Positions 1 to 13,829 of a stretch of DNA of 64,000 bases are shown in pieces. The position numbers and the translations under genes were made by a program. Source of the DNA: the human T2T-CHM13v2.0 reference genome, Homo sapiens; NCBI RefSeq assembly GCF_009914755.1, contig NC_060936.1. One strand, given 5' to 3'. The notes below the pieces were generated by a model. That model saw nothing but the letters and a program-made list of their open reading frames with translations, had not been told where the DNA came from and did no database searches. How positions within the stretch are numbered: the first letter of the stretch is position 1; every line of letters starts with the position of its first letter.

Positions 1-920
1 GCGCAGATCTGGCGGTGAGCGCTGCCGCCCCGGGGCCCCCAGCCATGTCGGCCGAGGAGATGGTGCAGATCCGCCTGGAGGACCGCTGCTACCCGGTGAG
101 CAAGAGGAAGCTCATCGAGCAGAGCGACTACTTCCGCGCCCTCTACCGCTCCGGCATGCGCGAGGCCCTGAGCCAGGAGGCCGGCGGCCCGGAGGTGCAG
201 CAGCTGCGCGGCCTCAGCGCGCCGGGCCTGCGGCTGGTGCTGGACTTCATCAACGCCGGCGGGGCCCGCGAAGGCTGGCTCCTGGGCCCGCGCGGGGAAA
301 AGGGCGGCGGGGTGGACGAGGACGAGGAGATGGATGAGGTGAGCCTGCTGTCCGAGCTGGTGGAGGCGGCCTCCTTCCTGCAGGTCACGTCCCTGCTGCA
401 GCTGCTGCTGTCCCAGGTGCGGCTCAATAACTGCCTGGAGATGTACCGCCTGGCGCAGGTGTACGGGCTGCCCGACCTGCAGGAGGCCTGCCTGCGCTTC
501 ATGGTCGTCCACTTCCACGAGGTGCTGTGCAAGCCCCAGTTCCACCTCCTGGGGTCTCCTCCCCAAGCTCCAGGGGATGTCAGCCTGAAGCAGAGGCTGA
601 GGGAGGCCCGGATGACTGGGACTCCTGTCCTCGTGGCCCTCGGGGACTTCCTGGGGGGACCCCTGGCCCCTCACCCCTACCAGGGGGAGCCCCCGTCCAT
701 GCTCAGGTACGAGGAGATGACTGAGCGTTGGTTCCCGCTGGCCAACAACCTTCCTCCCGACCTGGTCAATGTCAGGGGCTATGGGTCTGCCATCCTGGAC
801 AACTACCTCTTCATAGTGGGCGGGTACAGGATCACTAGCCAGGAGATCTCCGCTGCGCATTCCTACAACCCCAGCACCAACGAGTGGCTCCAGGTGGCCT
901 CCATGAACCAGAAGAGGTAA
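1..920. promoter_or_regulatory. CpG island over the KLHL42 5' end and exon 1 (continues left of the window)
   Basis: Very GC- and CpG-rich sequence that drops to AT-rich intronic composition after ~930. Confidence 0.9.
45..916 (+). CDS. KLHL42: KLHL42 coding exon 1 (872 nt): BTB/POZ, short BACK and first Kelch repeats
   Basis: gccATG at 45; MSAEEMVQIRLEDRCYPVSKRKLIEQSDYFRALYRSGMRE is a BTB signature; NNCLEMYRLAQVYGL is BACK; YLFIVGGY...YNPSTNEW is Kelch; donor AG|GTAAGC at 916/917 (phase 2). Confidence 0.97.
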
Positions 921-2689
921 GCACCCCGGCAGAGTGCTGCTGCCTTCTCATTCATTCACTTGTTCATTAGTTCATTACCCCAGTGTTTACTGAGCCAGTA
1001 AATAGGGGAGGGTGTGCTGTGGTGGAAATGACATCTTCAGGAATGTTGTTGGCCTTGGCGCTGGCAAAATTCCCAATGAACTAAGAAATTGCGAAGAGGA
1101 CGTCCCCAGTGAGGTCAAGAAGTGGAGTGGTTTTTTGGCAGGTATTGTGCCTTTAGGTGAAACTGCTTTCTTTGCCTCTGTTCTTGTGAAAAAAGATGTT
1201 GTGGTTTCCTACAAGAATACTTTAAAAGAAAATTGCCCCTTAATTTTTAAAAAATTTGTCTTAGTTTTTAGGATTTGATCCTGATGATAATGATACACTG
1301 GACAGTAACCTGTAACACTGACTTTGGGGGATTTTTTTCTGATGTCAGTGACTGTGACAACAGAGTCTTCCACACTGTGATACCCATCATGATCAAGAGA
1401 TAATCACTGGAAATGTATTAACGTTTGCAATAGGGGTTGCTTTTCTTATTTTTTATCCTCTCTTTTGCTTCCTTCCCTGGACAGCCATCGTCATGACCCA
1501 CAGCTTGAGCCTGGAAGTGTTCAACTACAGAATTGGAATATTTTCATTTACGCAACCTTCTCCCCCTCCCATCCTGCAAATCTCTCCTGCCTCCAACAAG
1601 GGTGACTTGAAGAAAGGAAGAGGAGGAGCTTGAGGAGTGGGATGAGAGGGGAGAAGGGAAAGGAACCAGGGAAGGAATATCAAAACAAGAGCAAAGAGCA
1701 TATACAGGAAGAGATGGTAGGAAATAAAGATGGTAGCGCCTAGGAGGCCTCAGCGTCATTCAGAAGCAGGGAAAAGAATCAATGTAACTCAAGAAAGGAT
1801 GAAAATACCCTTTCTTCCCATCCACGTGTTTCCATCTCAATCCTCACAGGGTCCTGGTCCTGAAGTGTGGAGCAAGGAGTTGGGGAGCTCACAGCTGGGC
1901 AAAGAAAGTCTTAACAGTAACAGAGAATCCTTTATATATCTGTTTATTTGACTCGAGGGTCCTCCTCGGCCAGGGATTATTTGGGGGAAATAACTGGCTT
2001 TATTTCTCCTATAATATGAAATTCATTTTGAAAAGTATGCTTTTTCCCCTGATAATACATAGTTACAGAAAACTGGAAAATGGAAAAGAATGAAGAAGCA
2101 AAAAGATGATTATTCCTACCCGCTCTTCCTAGAGGCAGTAACCAGGTTGGCATATTTCCTGCCAGCCCATTTTTAATGCATTATTTACACCATTGAGATG
2201 ATACCATATTTAAAATTTGGTATCAGAAGTGTTATTTTAAAACAAATTCTATGCACTGTAATTGAAACAACAAAGGAACATTGTGTGGCCATGGGTGGTG
2301 GTCTGATTAGGGGTGGGCGGCCCTGAGTTCTCTCACTCCTCTTGCATTCCTCTAGCTACACATCATTTGGTGCTCACCAGGCCATCCTTAGTGCCACAGT
2401 TCCTCACACTTCTTTCTTCCCTTCATACATCCTTGGTAGTCTTTGTCTTTTTTTCTAGGAAGGCCCTTTTCATCCCCTTAAAAAAAAAAAAAGCATTCAA
2501 GTAATGCATGAATGCATGATTCTTAGAAAAACTGCAAATTACACACAAAACTGTGGAGTAAAAAGAGTAAATGTCTGCCCTCAGGGTACAGAAAAAAAGT
2601 GTCAGTGTATCAACAGACTTTTGTTACCTTTAGATATTATAAATGTATAAACATTTATACTGTAAATTATATGTATACTTGTATAAATA

Positions 2690-3092
2690 CAGTTAACCCT
2701 TAAACAATGTGGGGGCCAGGGACACCAAACCCTGCACAGTCAAAAATCCCCATATAACTTTTGACTCTCCCAAAAACTTAACTACTGAATAGCCTACTGT
2801 TTACCAGATGCCTTACCAATAACATAATCAATTAATACATTTTGTATATGTAGTATATACTTTATTCTAACAATAAAGTATGCTATAGAAAAGAAAATGT
2901 TATTAATAAACTAAGGAAGAGAAAATTAAGCGGAAGTGGATCATCCTTATCATCTTGACGCTGAGTAGGCTGAGGAGGAAAAGGAGGTAGAGGAAGGGTT
3001 GGTTTTGCAGTCTCGGGGTGGCAGAGGCAGAAGAAAATCTGAATGTAAGTGGACCCTCACAGTTCAAACCCGTGTTATTAAAGGATCAGCTG
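2690..3092 (-). mobile_element. Tigger2a/MER28-type non-autonomous DNA transposon
   Basis: TA|CAGTTAACCCTTAAACAA ... GTGTTATTAAAGGATCAGCTG|TA: terminal inverted repeats with TA TSD; right end is the reverse complement of the Tigger2 5' end. Confidence 0.85.
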
Positions 3093-3248
3093 TATAAGTA
3101 TATTGATAGTGGTTAACAATAGGGGAAAAGTGTTTATGTATATTAATGTGCACGGGGGTGTATCACCTTACACATTTTAAAAATTCTGAAATTGTCTAGG
3201 TTGTACTAATTATTATGGCACTTGATATTTCCATTTAACCATATCTGA

Positions 3249-3597
<349 letters not shown>

Positions 3598-3834
3598 TTA
3601 CCTCACGCTTTTTAATGGCTGCGTGGCATTCCAGCCTATGGATGTACCATAATGTAATTAGCCCTTCCCTTATTTATGGACATTTAGGTCACTTCCATTT
3701 GCATTGGATGTTTCAATAAGCACTGCCATTGAACATCCTGGTAGATGCGTGCATGTATCTTAGTAGCCATATGTGAGTTAGTTTCATATGTCAAATTCGT
3801 GGAATCCCTGGATAGGTAGGGCAAAGTGTATGTG

Positions 3835-4152
3835 TTTTTTTTTTTTGTTTTTGTTTTTTTTTTTTGGGGACGGAGTCTCGTTCTGTTGCCCAGGCTGGAG
3901 TACAGTGACGCGATCTCGGCTCACTGCAAGCTCCGCCTCCCAGGTTACGCCATTCTCCTGCCTCAGTTTCCCGAGTAGCTGGGACTACAGGTGCCCGCCA
4001 CCACGCCTGGCTAATTTTTTTTTTTTTTGTATTTTTAGTAGAGAAGGGGTTTCACCTTGTTAGCCAGCATGGTCTCGATCTCCTGACCTCGTGATCCGCC
4101 CACCTAGGCTTCCCAAAGTGCTGGGATTAAGTTGTGAGCCACCGCGCCCAGC
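3835..4152 (-). mobile_element. AluY-family element
   Basis: Full dimer with AluY diagnostics and poly-T tail. Confidence 0.93.
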
Positions 4153-4181
4153 TGTGTATGCATGTTTTAAATTTTGTTGAA

Positions 4182-4368
4182 GCTGGGTGCAATGGTTCAC
4201 GCTTGTAGTCCCAGCTACTTGGGAGGCTTAGGCAGGAGGATCACTTGAGCCCAGGAACTGAAGGCTGCAGTGCACTCTCATCGGGCCCGTGAATAGCCAT
4301 TGCACTCCAGCCTGAGCAACATAGTGAGACCTCATCTCTATAAACAGTTAAAAATAAATAAATAAATA
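4182..4368 (+). mobile_element. FAM (fossil Alu monomer)
   Basis: Single monomer with the FAM-type gtgaatagccattgcactccagcctgagcaacatagtgagac segment. Confidence 0.8.
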
Positions 4369-4814
4369 GATTTTGGTTGCTCCCGCCAAATTGCCCATCA
4401 AAAAAATTGTTCTGATTTCCTCTTCCATCAAAAGTGTTTGTGCTTGCCAGTTCCCTATACTCTTGCCAAGATAGAATATTATCATCTTTTTTTCCCCAAA
4501 CCTAATGGGCAAAAACACTAGTGTGATTTTTCCCAATTAGAAGAGGGATTATTCTTTTTATATGTTGGTTGGCCATTTGTATTTCTTTTGTAAATGGTCT
4601 TTGCCAGTTTCCTAAAAATTGGCTTATTTTCTTCACATTCATTTGAGAAGTTCTATGTGTGAATACAGATATTAATCTCTTGTCTGTTATGTAATGTCGT
4701 GCATGTTTTCCCATGCTGTTATTTTTTCTGCAGTGTTCAAAAATAAGATCCCAAAGTGACTGGGTAGGTGAAATTGTTGCATAGAGGGGTGGGTGGGAGT
4801 TATGATGAAGCTGA

Positions 4815-5216
<402 letters not shown>

Positions 5217-5269
5217 CTCCATTATATCTTCTAATTGATTATTGATGCTGTATTGGAAATTGTACCCTT

Positions 5270-5515
5270 CTTTAGTTCCCTCTGCTTTGACTCAGGTATG
5301 ACATATCTCCTAGGAGTTCCTTCCCGAACTCTGGCTTGGGCTGAGTGTTCCGTGTCTGCTCCTCTAGCATCTCATGCACATTCCCCGACTTGAATTGAAA
5401 TTCTCTGTTGTTGTCTCTCTGCCTTCCGATCAGGAACTAGGACTTACTCAATGCTTATGTATAGCCCTACTCCTAACAAGATGTCCAATAATAATAGGTG
5501 CTTAAAATACGTGTT
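5270..5515 (+). mobile_element. L2 3' fragment
   Basis: Degenerate L2 3'-end motifs ending in ataggtgcttaaaatac. Confidence 0.5.
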
Positions 5516-5679
5516 TTCTTTAAAAAAAACTATGGAATATATTTTTACATTATTGTAATAAAAGTTAATGTATAATTTTATATTTCGCTTTATTTGTAAC
5601 ACTATAGTGAACATTTTTACCTTGGTAACAGTCATTATATTTATTTAGAGTAGCTGAGAAATAATGAGAGACATCATTT

Positions 5680-5825
5680 AATTGAACACTTAACTCTGCA
5701 GTAGGTACTGTTCCCGCTGCTTTGCATGAATTATCTAACTTATTCTTCACAAGGGCTGTTAGGCAGGTTCCCATTCTAAAGAGACAGGAAGTGAGGCACA
5801 GAGAAGTAAATTGCTCAAGGATGTG
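5680..5825 (-). mobile_element. MIR
   Basis: MIR core (cccatt..gaagtgaggcacagaga..aattgctcaagg). Confidence 0.7.
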
Positions 5826-6433
5826 TAATAAGTACAGCAACCAAAATGTAAATATCCATTGAGTAGTTATAACCACTTAAATTGTTTATAAGTTTTGGAT
5901 TTTAGACTTGCAGGGACCATCTTCATGCACATTTCCCCCCTTCTTTAAAAAAAATTATTTCCTTCTAAAAAATAGAGCACAGATCTTTTGTGGTACAGTG
6001 CTACTTTTCAAAATTTCATCATGTGTGCCTCAGCTCCACGACAGCCTTTAAGCCCAGCATTCTTCTAGTCACTGTTGGATGTACAGAAACTGATGACGTA
6101 ATTGCTGCCCTCAAGAAGTTTAAAATTGAGTTTAGATGATGAGACAAGTAAAAATGAAACCTAGCACAGAGTTTTTCCTGGATGAGGCATCCAATACAGG
6201 TTATGCATGCACTGGAAGAAATTTGGAACCTTGAGAAAGAAAACCAGATTTTGGCCTCTGGCTATGCAGAATTTCACATCTACTTTGATTCACCTTTGTC
6301 GGAGACTGCTTTGGGATGTATCAGTATTTTACTTTGATAAAGGGGTCAAATGTAGAGCAGTTCACTTTTCCCAGGGACTGAATAGTGCAGTGATCCAGAA
6401 TCTTAAATAGCAGGAACTCTGGGATTGAAAGAG

Positions 6434-6737
6434 TTTTTTTTTTTTTTTTTTTTGAGACAGAGTCTCGCTCTGTCGCCCAGGCTGGAGTGCAGTGGCCCAA
6501 TCTTGGCTCACTGCAAGCTCCGCGTCCCGTGTTAACGCTATTCTCCTGCCTCAGCCTCCCGAGTAGCTAGGACTACAGGTGCCCGCCACCATGCCTGGCT
6601 AATTTTTTTTTGTATTTTTAGTAGAGATGGGGTTTCACTGTGTTAGCCAGGATGGTCTCGATCTCCTGACCTCGTGATCTGCCTGCCTTGGCCTCCCAAA
6701 GTGCTGGGATTATAGACATGAGCCACTGCGCCCGGCC
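6434..6737 (-). mobile_element. AluY-family element
   Basis: Full dimer, pure poly-T tail, AluY diagnostics. Confidence 0.93.
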
Positions 6738-6927
6738 AATTGAGAGATTTTATAAAGCCTTCTGCACTCTGGAGAAGATAGTGGGTGCTATATGACCATC
6801 AGAGGGTAAAAAAGAAATGTTTTGCTCTGTAGGCCAAGTGTGCAACACTGCCTGATGGTCTGAACGTGGGTTTGATCTCACAAATTGTCAGGATGTAACT
6901 CTTCACACATAAAAGCTTGTGAGACCT

Positions 6928-7260
<333 letters not shown>

Positions 7261-7964
7261 TCAGTGATAACTTGCAGGAACTGACCACTGTTGCAGCAGT
7301 TTGTTCATTAAGGTTCTCCATTTCCAGAGCTTTCTCTAGTCTTTTCCATTGCCCTGCACTTTAGTTCTGAAAATGGAGTTGGAGTGAGTCCTCCTGTTCC
7401 ATGTGTGAATACAGCAAGGCTGAGAGAGAGACTTTAATAAACAAGTGTCTCCTGGCAGAGATGGAATTGCAGTTGTCAGCCTTAGCGTTTGCTGAGCTGT
7501 CCCTTCTCCTCTCAGCCAATGTTTACCATTTTTGGAGCATTTCTGTGGTTGATGTTGTAGTAGAGCCTGGGAATAGTGCAAGAAAGAAAACTGTACGTCT
7601 ATTCACACTCCCCCCCAACTCCCCATTTAATTTTGGCCAACAGTTTAAATTGCTTTTTGCATCTTTGCTTTTGGAGTTTCTTAGAGCTGGGCATAGGTAG
7701 CAACAATGACTACCTCTATTTTCTAACCTTTCCCCTTCTCCCCTTCCTAGTCCCTAGGGGAAGTTAATGCGTAGGGACATGGCAGAAGGCAAGTAGATGA
7801 AGGGGAAAGAGGAGACAAAAGGACCTGGATGGCCCACAGACTTAAGCAGTCGTGTTCTGAGTGGTTGAGAAAGGACTTTTGAAAGGATCTTGGCATTTTG
7901 TTCTAATTTTTACTCTGATGGTAAGCAAACTTCTTTCTCTACATAGGGGGTCATAATGATGGTT

Positions 7965-8170
7965 TTCATTTCTTGAGCTCTTACTCTGGGTCAGGTATTG
8001 TAGTCACAACTTGAGGTGTCACTTCATATTAATGCTCACAACATCTCTGTGAGGTAGATGTTATTAATCCCATTTCCTTAAAGTGGAAACTGAGGCTCAG
8101 TGAGTTTAATTACCTTCCACATAATCACAGGGCTAGACTCGAAGCCACCCAGACCTCTGTGTCATCTTGC
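7965..8170 (-). mobile_element. MIR
   Basis: ctgtgaggtagatgttattaatcccattt..ggaaactgaggctcag. Confidence 0.75.
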
Positions 8171-8273
8171 CTTCCTATGGTTGTATGTAGCTACTGTTAA
8201 TCCTTGAGATCTGCGTGCTGGTGTTAAGCATGTTTCATGTTACTTAGCTTTTAGGGGTTTAAAGAGCTTTTTA

Positions 8274-8438
<165 letters not shown>

Positions 8439-8914
8439 TTATAAGTGACCTTGAAATTCAATTGTGGTTTTATCCAATTTTCTCACTTAAAACAGAAATT
8501 CTAATGATAATATTTTTATTTATTGCAAGGAACAAGTATATAGCTATGATAGATGACTTGTTACTTGGTCTTGAAATTCTTCTTTTTACCTCGTGAACAT
8601 AGTGTGTTAAATTAAGAAAACACTGTAGAGATGATAATTTTGAAAAGTAGTTGATAGCTTGAATTTATACCTTTACCATTCAGGAGGTGAAGAGTGGAAG
8701 AATTATTTTCAGAAAGTTGGAAATGAAGCAGTAAGTGATGAGAATTTGTGGATGAGAGAGCACAAAACATCACAGTCAGTGACTGTTGCAGTTGACAAAT
8801 GAGAAACCAACGCTCCCAAGGTTAAGAAAAACTTAGACTTAGGACACCCAGAGAAGCACTCCCTAGAATGCCAATGGAGAAAGACTTATCTCTGCAAGTG
8901 CTGTCCTTTTCAGC

Positions 8915-9070
8915 TCTTACTGCATGCCAGATATTGTGCCCTTCTTATCCCTACTTAACAGATGAGAAAACTGAGGAACAGATCAACAGATTCAGTAATT
9001 TGTCTAAGGTCAGACAGCAATTGATGTGTGATGTCTGAGACTTCCCTGTGTAAGCCTGGACTCATAACCT
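8915..9070 (-). mobile_element. MIR
   Basis: acagatgagaaaactgagg..gtaatttgtctaaggtca. Confidence 0.65.
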
Positions 9071-9984
9071 TTAGCAGTATGCCTCTTTATTAAATGGTCT
9101 GTTTTTAGGTGGCAATTTCATCTTAAAACAAATTCAGCATTAAAAAGTGTTTCTCTTCAAGTGAATTTGAGCGTGTTGGGGTCTGGAGAGATGGAATCAT
9201 TTACTTTAACTGCCTATTCATTGGTCTCAAAAAGAAGCCCCTTACATGTTTGCTTAGGACAAATGATTATGCTGGATAAATACTAAAAACTGTTTTGATC
9301 TTACAAAATTTACTATCTGTGTACCTTTGGGGAGCAAAAACAAATTGCGGCTGGGAAAATTTAGTGCTTGTTTACAAGCTTTATTTCCTTTGGTTCCCCA
9401 AATTTGCACACACAGAGAGGGCATCATGGTTGGATTTTAAGGACCATTGGCAGCAAGAAAGGTAAGCAGCAGGAATCAGGGACCCCCCAGTACCTGCCAC
9501 CCTGACGTCTGTTGGCACAAAAAAGTGGGCTGGCTGGCTGGCTGGCTGGCTTTAAGGGACAAGACGAGGCTCTTGATGAAGAGTACTCTATTCACGCTCT
9601 GATTGGAAAAACAAACTAAAACACATTTAGATATAAACATGATAGGAACCTTTAAAAAATCTTAACTGTTTAGTAGGTGCCTATTACTAACCTAGTTTCC
9701 ATAGTGTAATGCATCAGTTTTATTGAACACTTTTTAGGGGATCAAGCATGGGCTTCTTGTTTACTGCTTCTTCTTAATCTACTCCCTTATATAAGTTTTT
9801 TGTGTGTGCATAGCCTCTATCTCCATTCTTTCTTAGTATATTATTATTTTTGAAGACATCATTGTGTTGGGGTTGGATGTGGTCTTGAAATTCACTTGGT
9901 CTAGCACCTTTATTTCAAACACTAGAAAACAGAAATTTGAATGATAGTATTTTATCTCTGTGTAGTAGTTTCTGATAGACTATT

Positions 9985-10125
9985 TGATTTAATCATCTCT
10001 ACCACCTTGTGATGGCTGTTATCCCCATTTTACAGATGAGGAAGTGAGGTGGTTGGACCAGGGTCAGATAGCTGGTTATCAGCAGAGCTGGGACTAGAAG
10101 CGAGGTCTTCTGATTTGTGCTCAGG
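9985..10125 (-). mobile_element. MIR
   Basis: ttatccccattttacagatgaggaagtgagg. Confidence 0.75.
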
Positions 10126-10475
10126 TTTTTTTCTGTTGCATCATGCTGCTGCTCATCCTCTTGTAAACTTGTGACTGTTGCACACCTCACAGCAGACTGA
10201 CCCAACACTCCCAAGAGTTTATCCTTCCTGCCTTTTGTGTGCTATATCGAAACAAATTAATTTTGTGTTACTATTCAGTTCAAAAATCATAAGACTTATT
10301 TAGTGTCTGAAGCTGATAAGCAGCATTTAATTATTTTCTGAATATAGAGCTGGAAACCATTGTCCATCTCTTTTTCAAGTTATTATTTTTATGAAAGATG
10401 AGCATTTGTCAATAGAAGTATTTGTTGAATTAACATATGTAAAGACCCTAAGAATGCTGGATCAAAATATTTTGA

Positions 10476-10800
10476 GGCTGGTTGTGGTGTCTTATAACTA
10501 TAACCCTAGCACTTTGGGAGGCTGAAGCAAGAGGATCACTTGAGGCCAGGAGTTCAAGATCATCTTGGACAACATAGTGAGATGCCATCTCCACAAAAAA
10601 CTGTTTATAAAAAATTAGCTGAGTATAGCTGAATATGATGATACATACCTGTAGTCCAAGTTACTCGAGAGGCTGAGGCAGGAGACTCTCTTGAGCCCAG
10701 GAGTTCAAGGCTGCAGTAAGCTATGACTGTGCCACTGCAGTCTAGCCTGGGTGACAGAGCAAGACCCTGTTTCATAAATAAATTAGTAAATAAATAAATA
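10476..10800 (+). mobile_element. AluJ
   Basis: Diverged dimer with (TAAA)n tail. Confidence 0.88.
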
Positions 10801-11420
10801 CAAACTGTGAATTTGTTCAGTGCTGACCTCTCCCCATCTTACATGTTGTGAAGCAGTATGTTAGATGCCCTTGGAGGCGGGAGGCAGGACCAGTGTCTTG
10901 CTCAGGTATACTCGTTGTGCAAGGATCTCCTGACCTACCCTTTAGCAGTCACTCCTCGCACCTGCCTGTCTCGACAGCACCAGTGTGTCCCTAAGATGAA
11001 GCCATACTACTCAGTAGGAAGAATGAAATACCCATTCTGAGAGGTGAAAGACAATGGGGTGATGTGGGTGCCTTCCCCTCTTACCCTTGTGCCTGCCCCT
11101 GAAAGAAAGTGTGGAGTTTAGTGTATACACATTGTCTTTGGTTGCTGGACTAAGGCTGAACAAGATTAATAACTTGTTGTATTGAACTGCTTATCTTCGA
11201 TAGCTAGTGTTTGGACAGTGTGCCATTCCCGTGGAATCTTGGGGACAGGAGTGCGATTCGAGAAGCCATCCTTTCCTCCTCTGTCCTCAGGCGGAATGGC
11301 CCCCAACTGGGAGAGCGAATTTTCTTCAGATGTTCAGGAGAGTCTAGTAGTTCATGCCATTGTTACACTTTTCATTGATCAGAAGAACTAACTCTGTGGG
11401 CCTTTGTGTCTCTCTTTCAG

Positions 11421-11614
11421 GTCTAACTTCAAACTTGTGGCTGTTAATTCAAAACTCTATGCCATCGGAGGGCAGGCCGTTTCTAACGTTGAGTGTTACA
11501 ACCCCGAGCAGGATGCGTGGAATTTTGTGGCGCCCTTACCCAATCCTCTGGCTGAGTTCTCTGCCTGTGAGTGTAAGGGAAAAATTTATGTCATTGGAGG
11601 ATACACTACCAGAG
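11421..11614 (+). CDS. KLHL42: KLHL42 coding exon 2 (194 nt): Kelch repeats
   Basis: Acceptor tctctttcag|G and donor AG|GTAAGT; SNFKLVAVNSKLYAIGG...YNPEQDAW...KIYVIGGY; phases match exons 1 and 3. Confidence 0.97.
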
Positions 11615-12173
11615 GTAAGTGAAGGGACCAGGTAGGTAGTCTGCCCATGTGTAGGCGTCAGCAGTCTGGGAAGGGCAAGAGGGTGTCAGAGGAAGCCCCG
11701 ACATATCCGAGTGTCATGTTATGCTTTAATAGTGTACACTTACACATCTGGAAGGAAGAGAGTTCCATATGGCAGGGATGATTGGGACAGGAGGGATCTT
11801 TTGATAACTTTGTGTGAGCATGAAAATCGAATGGGGAAGGGAGAGCTGTGAAAAAAAAATGTTATCTCTTTTTTTTTGCTTCTGGAAACCCAGCTTTTTG
11901 GTCAGCCGTCTTGTGATTTGGCTGGGCCTGGTTTGTGGGGGTCGCTCTCTGAGGTTGGGTAGCTCTTTGGAGAAGATTATCTGGGAACTCCCATCCTTAT
12001 CCCAAACATACACCAAACCTGCCCCCATCCACCATTATGGAATTTAGTACCAGAGCATCCTTGCAGATTAGTTCTCATTTTCTCTCTTTGTGAGCACACA
12101 CACATCAGGTAGAGGTTCCAGAAACCCAGCTTTAGGACACTGTTCACATATCACAGGAGGAGCAAGGACATGA

Positions 12174-12535
<362 letters not shown>

Positions 12536-12636
12536 TGGTTCCACTATTTATTAAAATGTATATATGTGTTTTTCACTTTTTTGGTAGGCATTTTATTGTT
12601 AATAATTTGGAAATTAAAAAAATTTCTCCACAAGCT

Positions 12637-12760
12637 TATTTTTTGTGGAGACAAGGTCTCCCTGTGTTGCCTAGGCTGGTCTTGAATTCCTGGGCTAAGT
12701 GATTGTTCTGCCTTGGCCTCTCAAAGTGCTGGGATTACAGGCATAAGTCACCATGCCCTG
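12637..12760 (-). mobile_element. FLAM / Alu left monomer
   Basis: Single left-arm sequence. Confidence 0.8.
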
Positions 12761-12837
12761 CTTGCCAGCAAGTTTTATACTGCTCTTTTTGGTAGGGAAT
12801 TGTCTCAGGTTACAGTGATAGAGAACAATGTAGTTGT

Positions 12838-13290
12838 TGGTGGGATACAGTGGCTCATGACTGTAATCCAGCACTTTGGGAGGCTGAGGCAGGAGGATTG
12901 CTTGAGGCTGAGAGTTGAGGACAGGCCTGGGCAACATAGCAAGACACCTTCTCTAAAAATGAAAAAAATTAGCTGGATGTGGTGTCATGTACCTGTAGTC
13001 CCAGTTGCTTGGGAGGCTGAGGCAGGAGGATCACTTGAGCCTGGGTGTTCAAGATAGGCCTGGTCAACACAGCAAGACCCCTTCTCTAAAAATGAAAATA
13101 AAAAAATTAGCTGGTTGTGGTGGCATGTACCTGTAGTCCCAGTTACTTGGGAGGCTGAGACAGGAGGATTGCTTGAGCCAGGGGTTTGAGGCTGCAGTGA
13201 GCTATGACTGCTCCCCTGCACCCCAGGCTGGGTGACAGAGTGAGACCCAGTCTCTAAAATAAAAAAAAAAAAAAGAAAAGAAAAAATAAA
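12838..13290 (+). mobile_element. AluJ with an internal ~133-bp duplication (three monomers)
   Basis: Two A-rich linkers, each preceded by aggcctgg..cttctctaaaaatgaaaa. Confidence 0.88.
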
Positions 13291-13829
13291 ACTGTGGTTG
13301 TGGGAAGACAGACAATGGGGGACAGTCAAGCAGAGGGGTGCCTTTCCTTCCCTCTACTCTCCAAAGCAGATGTCTCCAAGTTACCTCTTAGCCAAGGAAA
13401 TCTATTTCTGCATTTGGTCTGTGTGACTCTATGGAGCCCAGGACTTACAGAAAAGGTGTAACCTGGCTCTTAGGACTTTAAGCCACATTATGGTAGTAGA
13501 CCTGCCGTTTTATTTGACATGGTGAAATAAACTACCACTCCTTTGTGGTACCATATGGGCAGGACAGAGCTCTTCAACCCTGGCTAACAAGCCTGAAGAA
13601 GACCCTGTGAGGCCGCAGCAGCCATGGGAACTTCCCAAAGGACAGAAATCCACATGCTAACGTAGCATCCAGATAGGTGACAGAAATTCCTTCCACCATA
13701 TCCAAATGTGTCCTGTTTTGGGGATTTATGTTAGGAAGAAGTTAAAATGTAAAGTATTTGATGAACATCTGATTTATTTCTTTTTAGAATAAGTCGAAAC
13801 ATTAATTCAGTGGGGAAGATGGTGGGAGG

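Noticed and set aside
143-532. 129-aa antisense ORF over exon 1 (and the 111-aa antisense ORF over exon 3)
   Set aside because: Expected shadow frames of a GC-rich CDS; low-complexity products with no independent support
917-920. ORF track ends the exon 1 ORF at TAA 918-920, suggesting a 301-aa single-exon protein
   Set aside because: The TAA is part of the GTAAG donor; splicing gives the complete 505-aa Kelch protein
1281-1350. TGATGA...CTGA with a cactgac/gtcagtg inverted repeat, resembling an intronic C/D snoRNA
   Set aside because: No convincing terminal stem or recognisable rRNA/snRNA guide; such short motifs arise by chance
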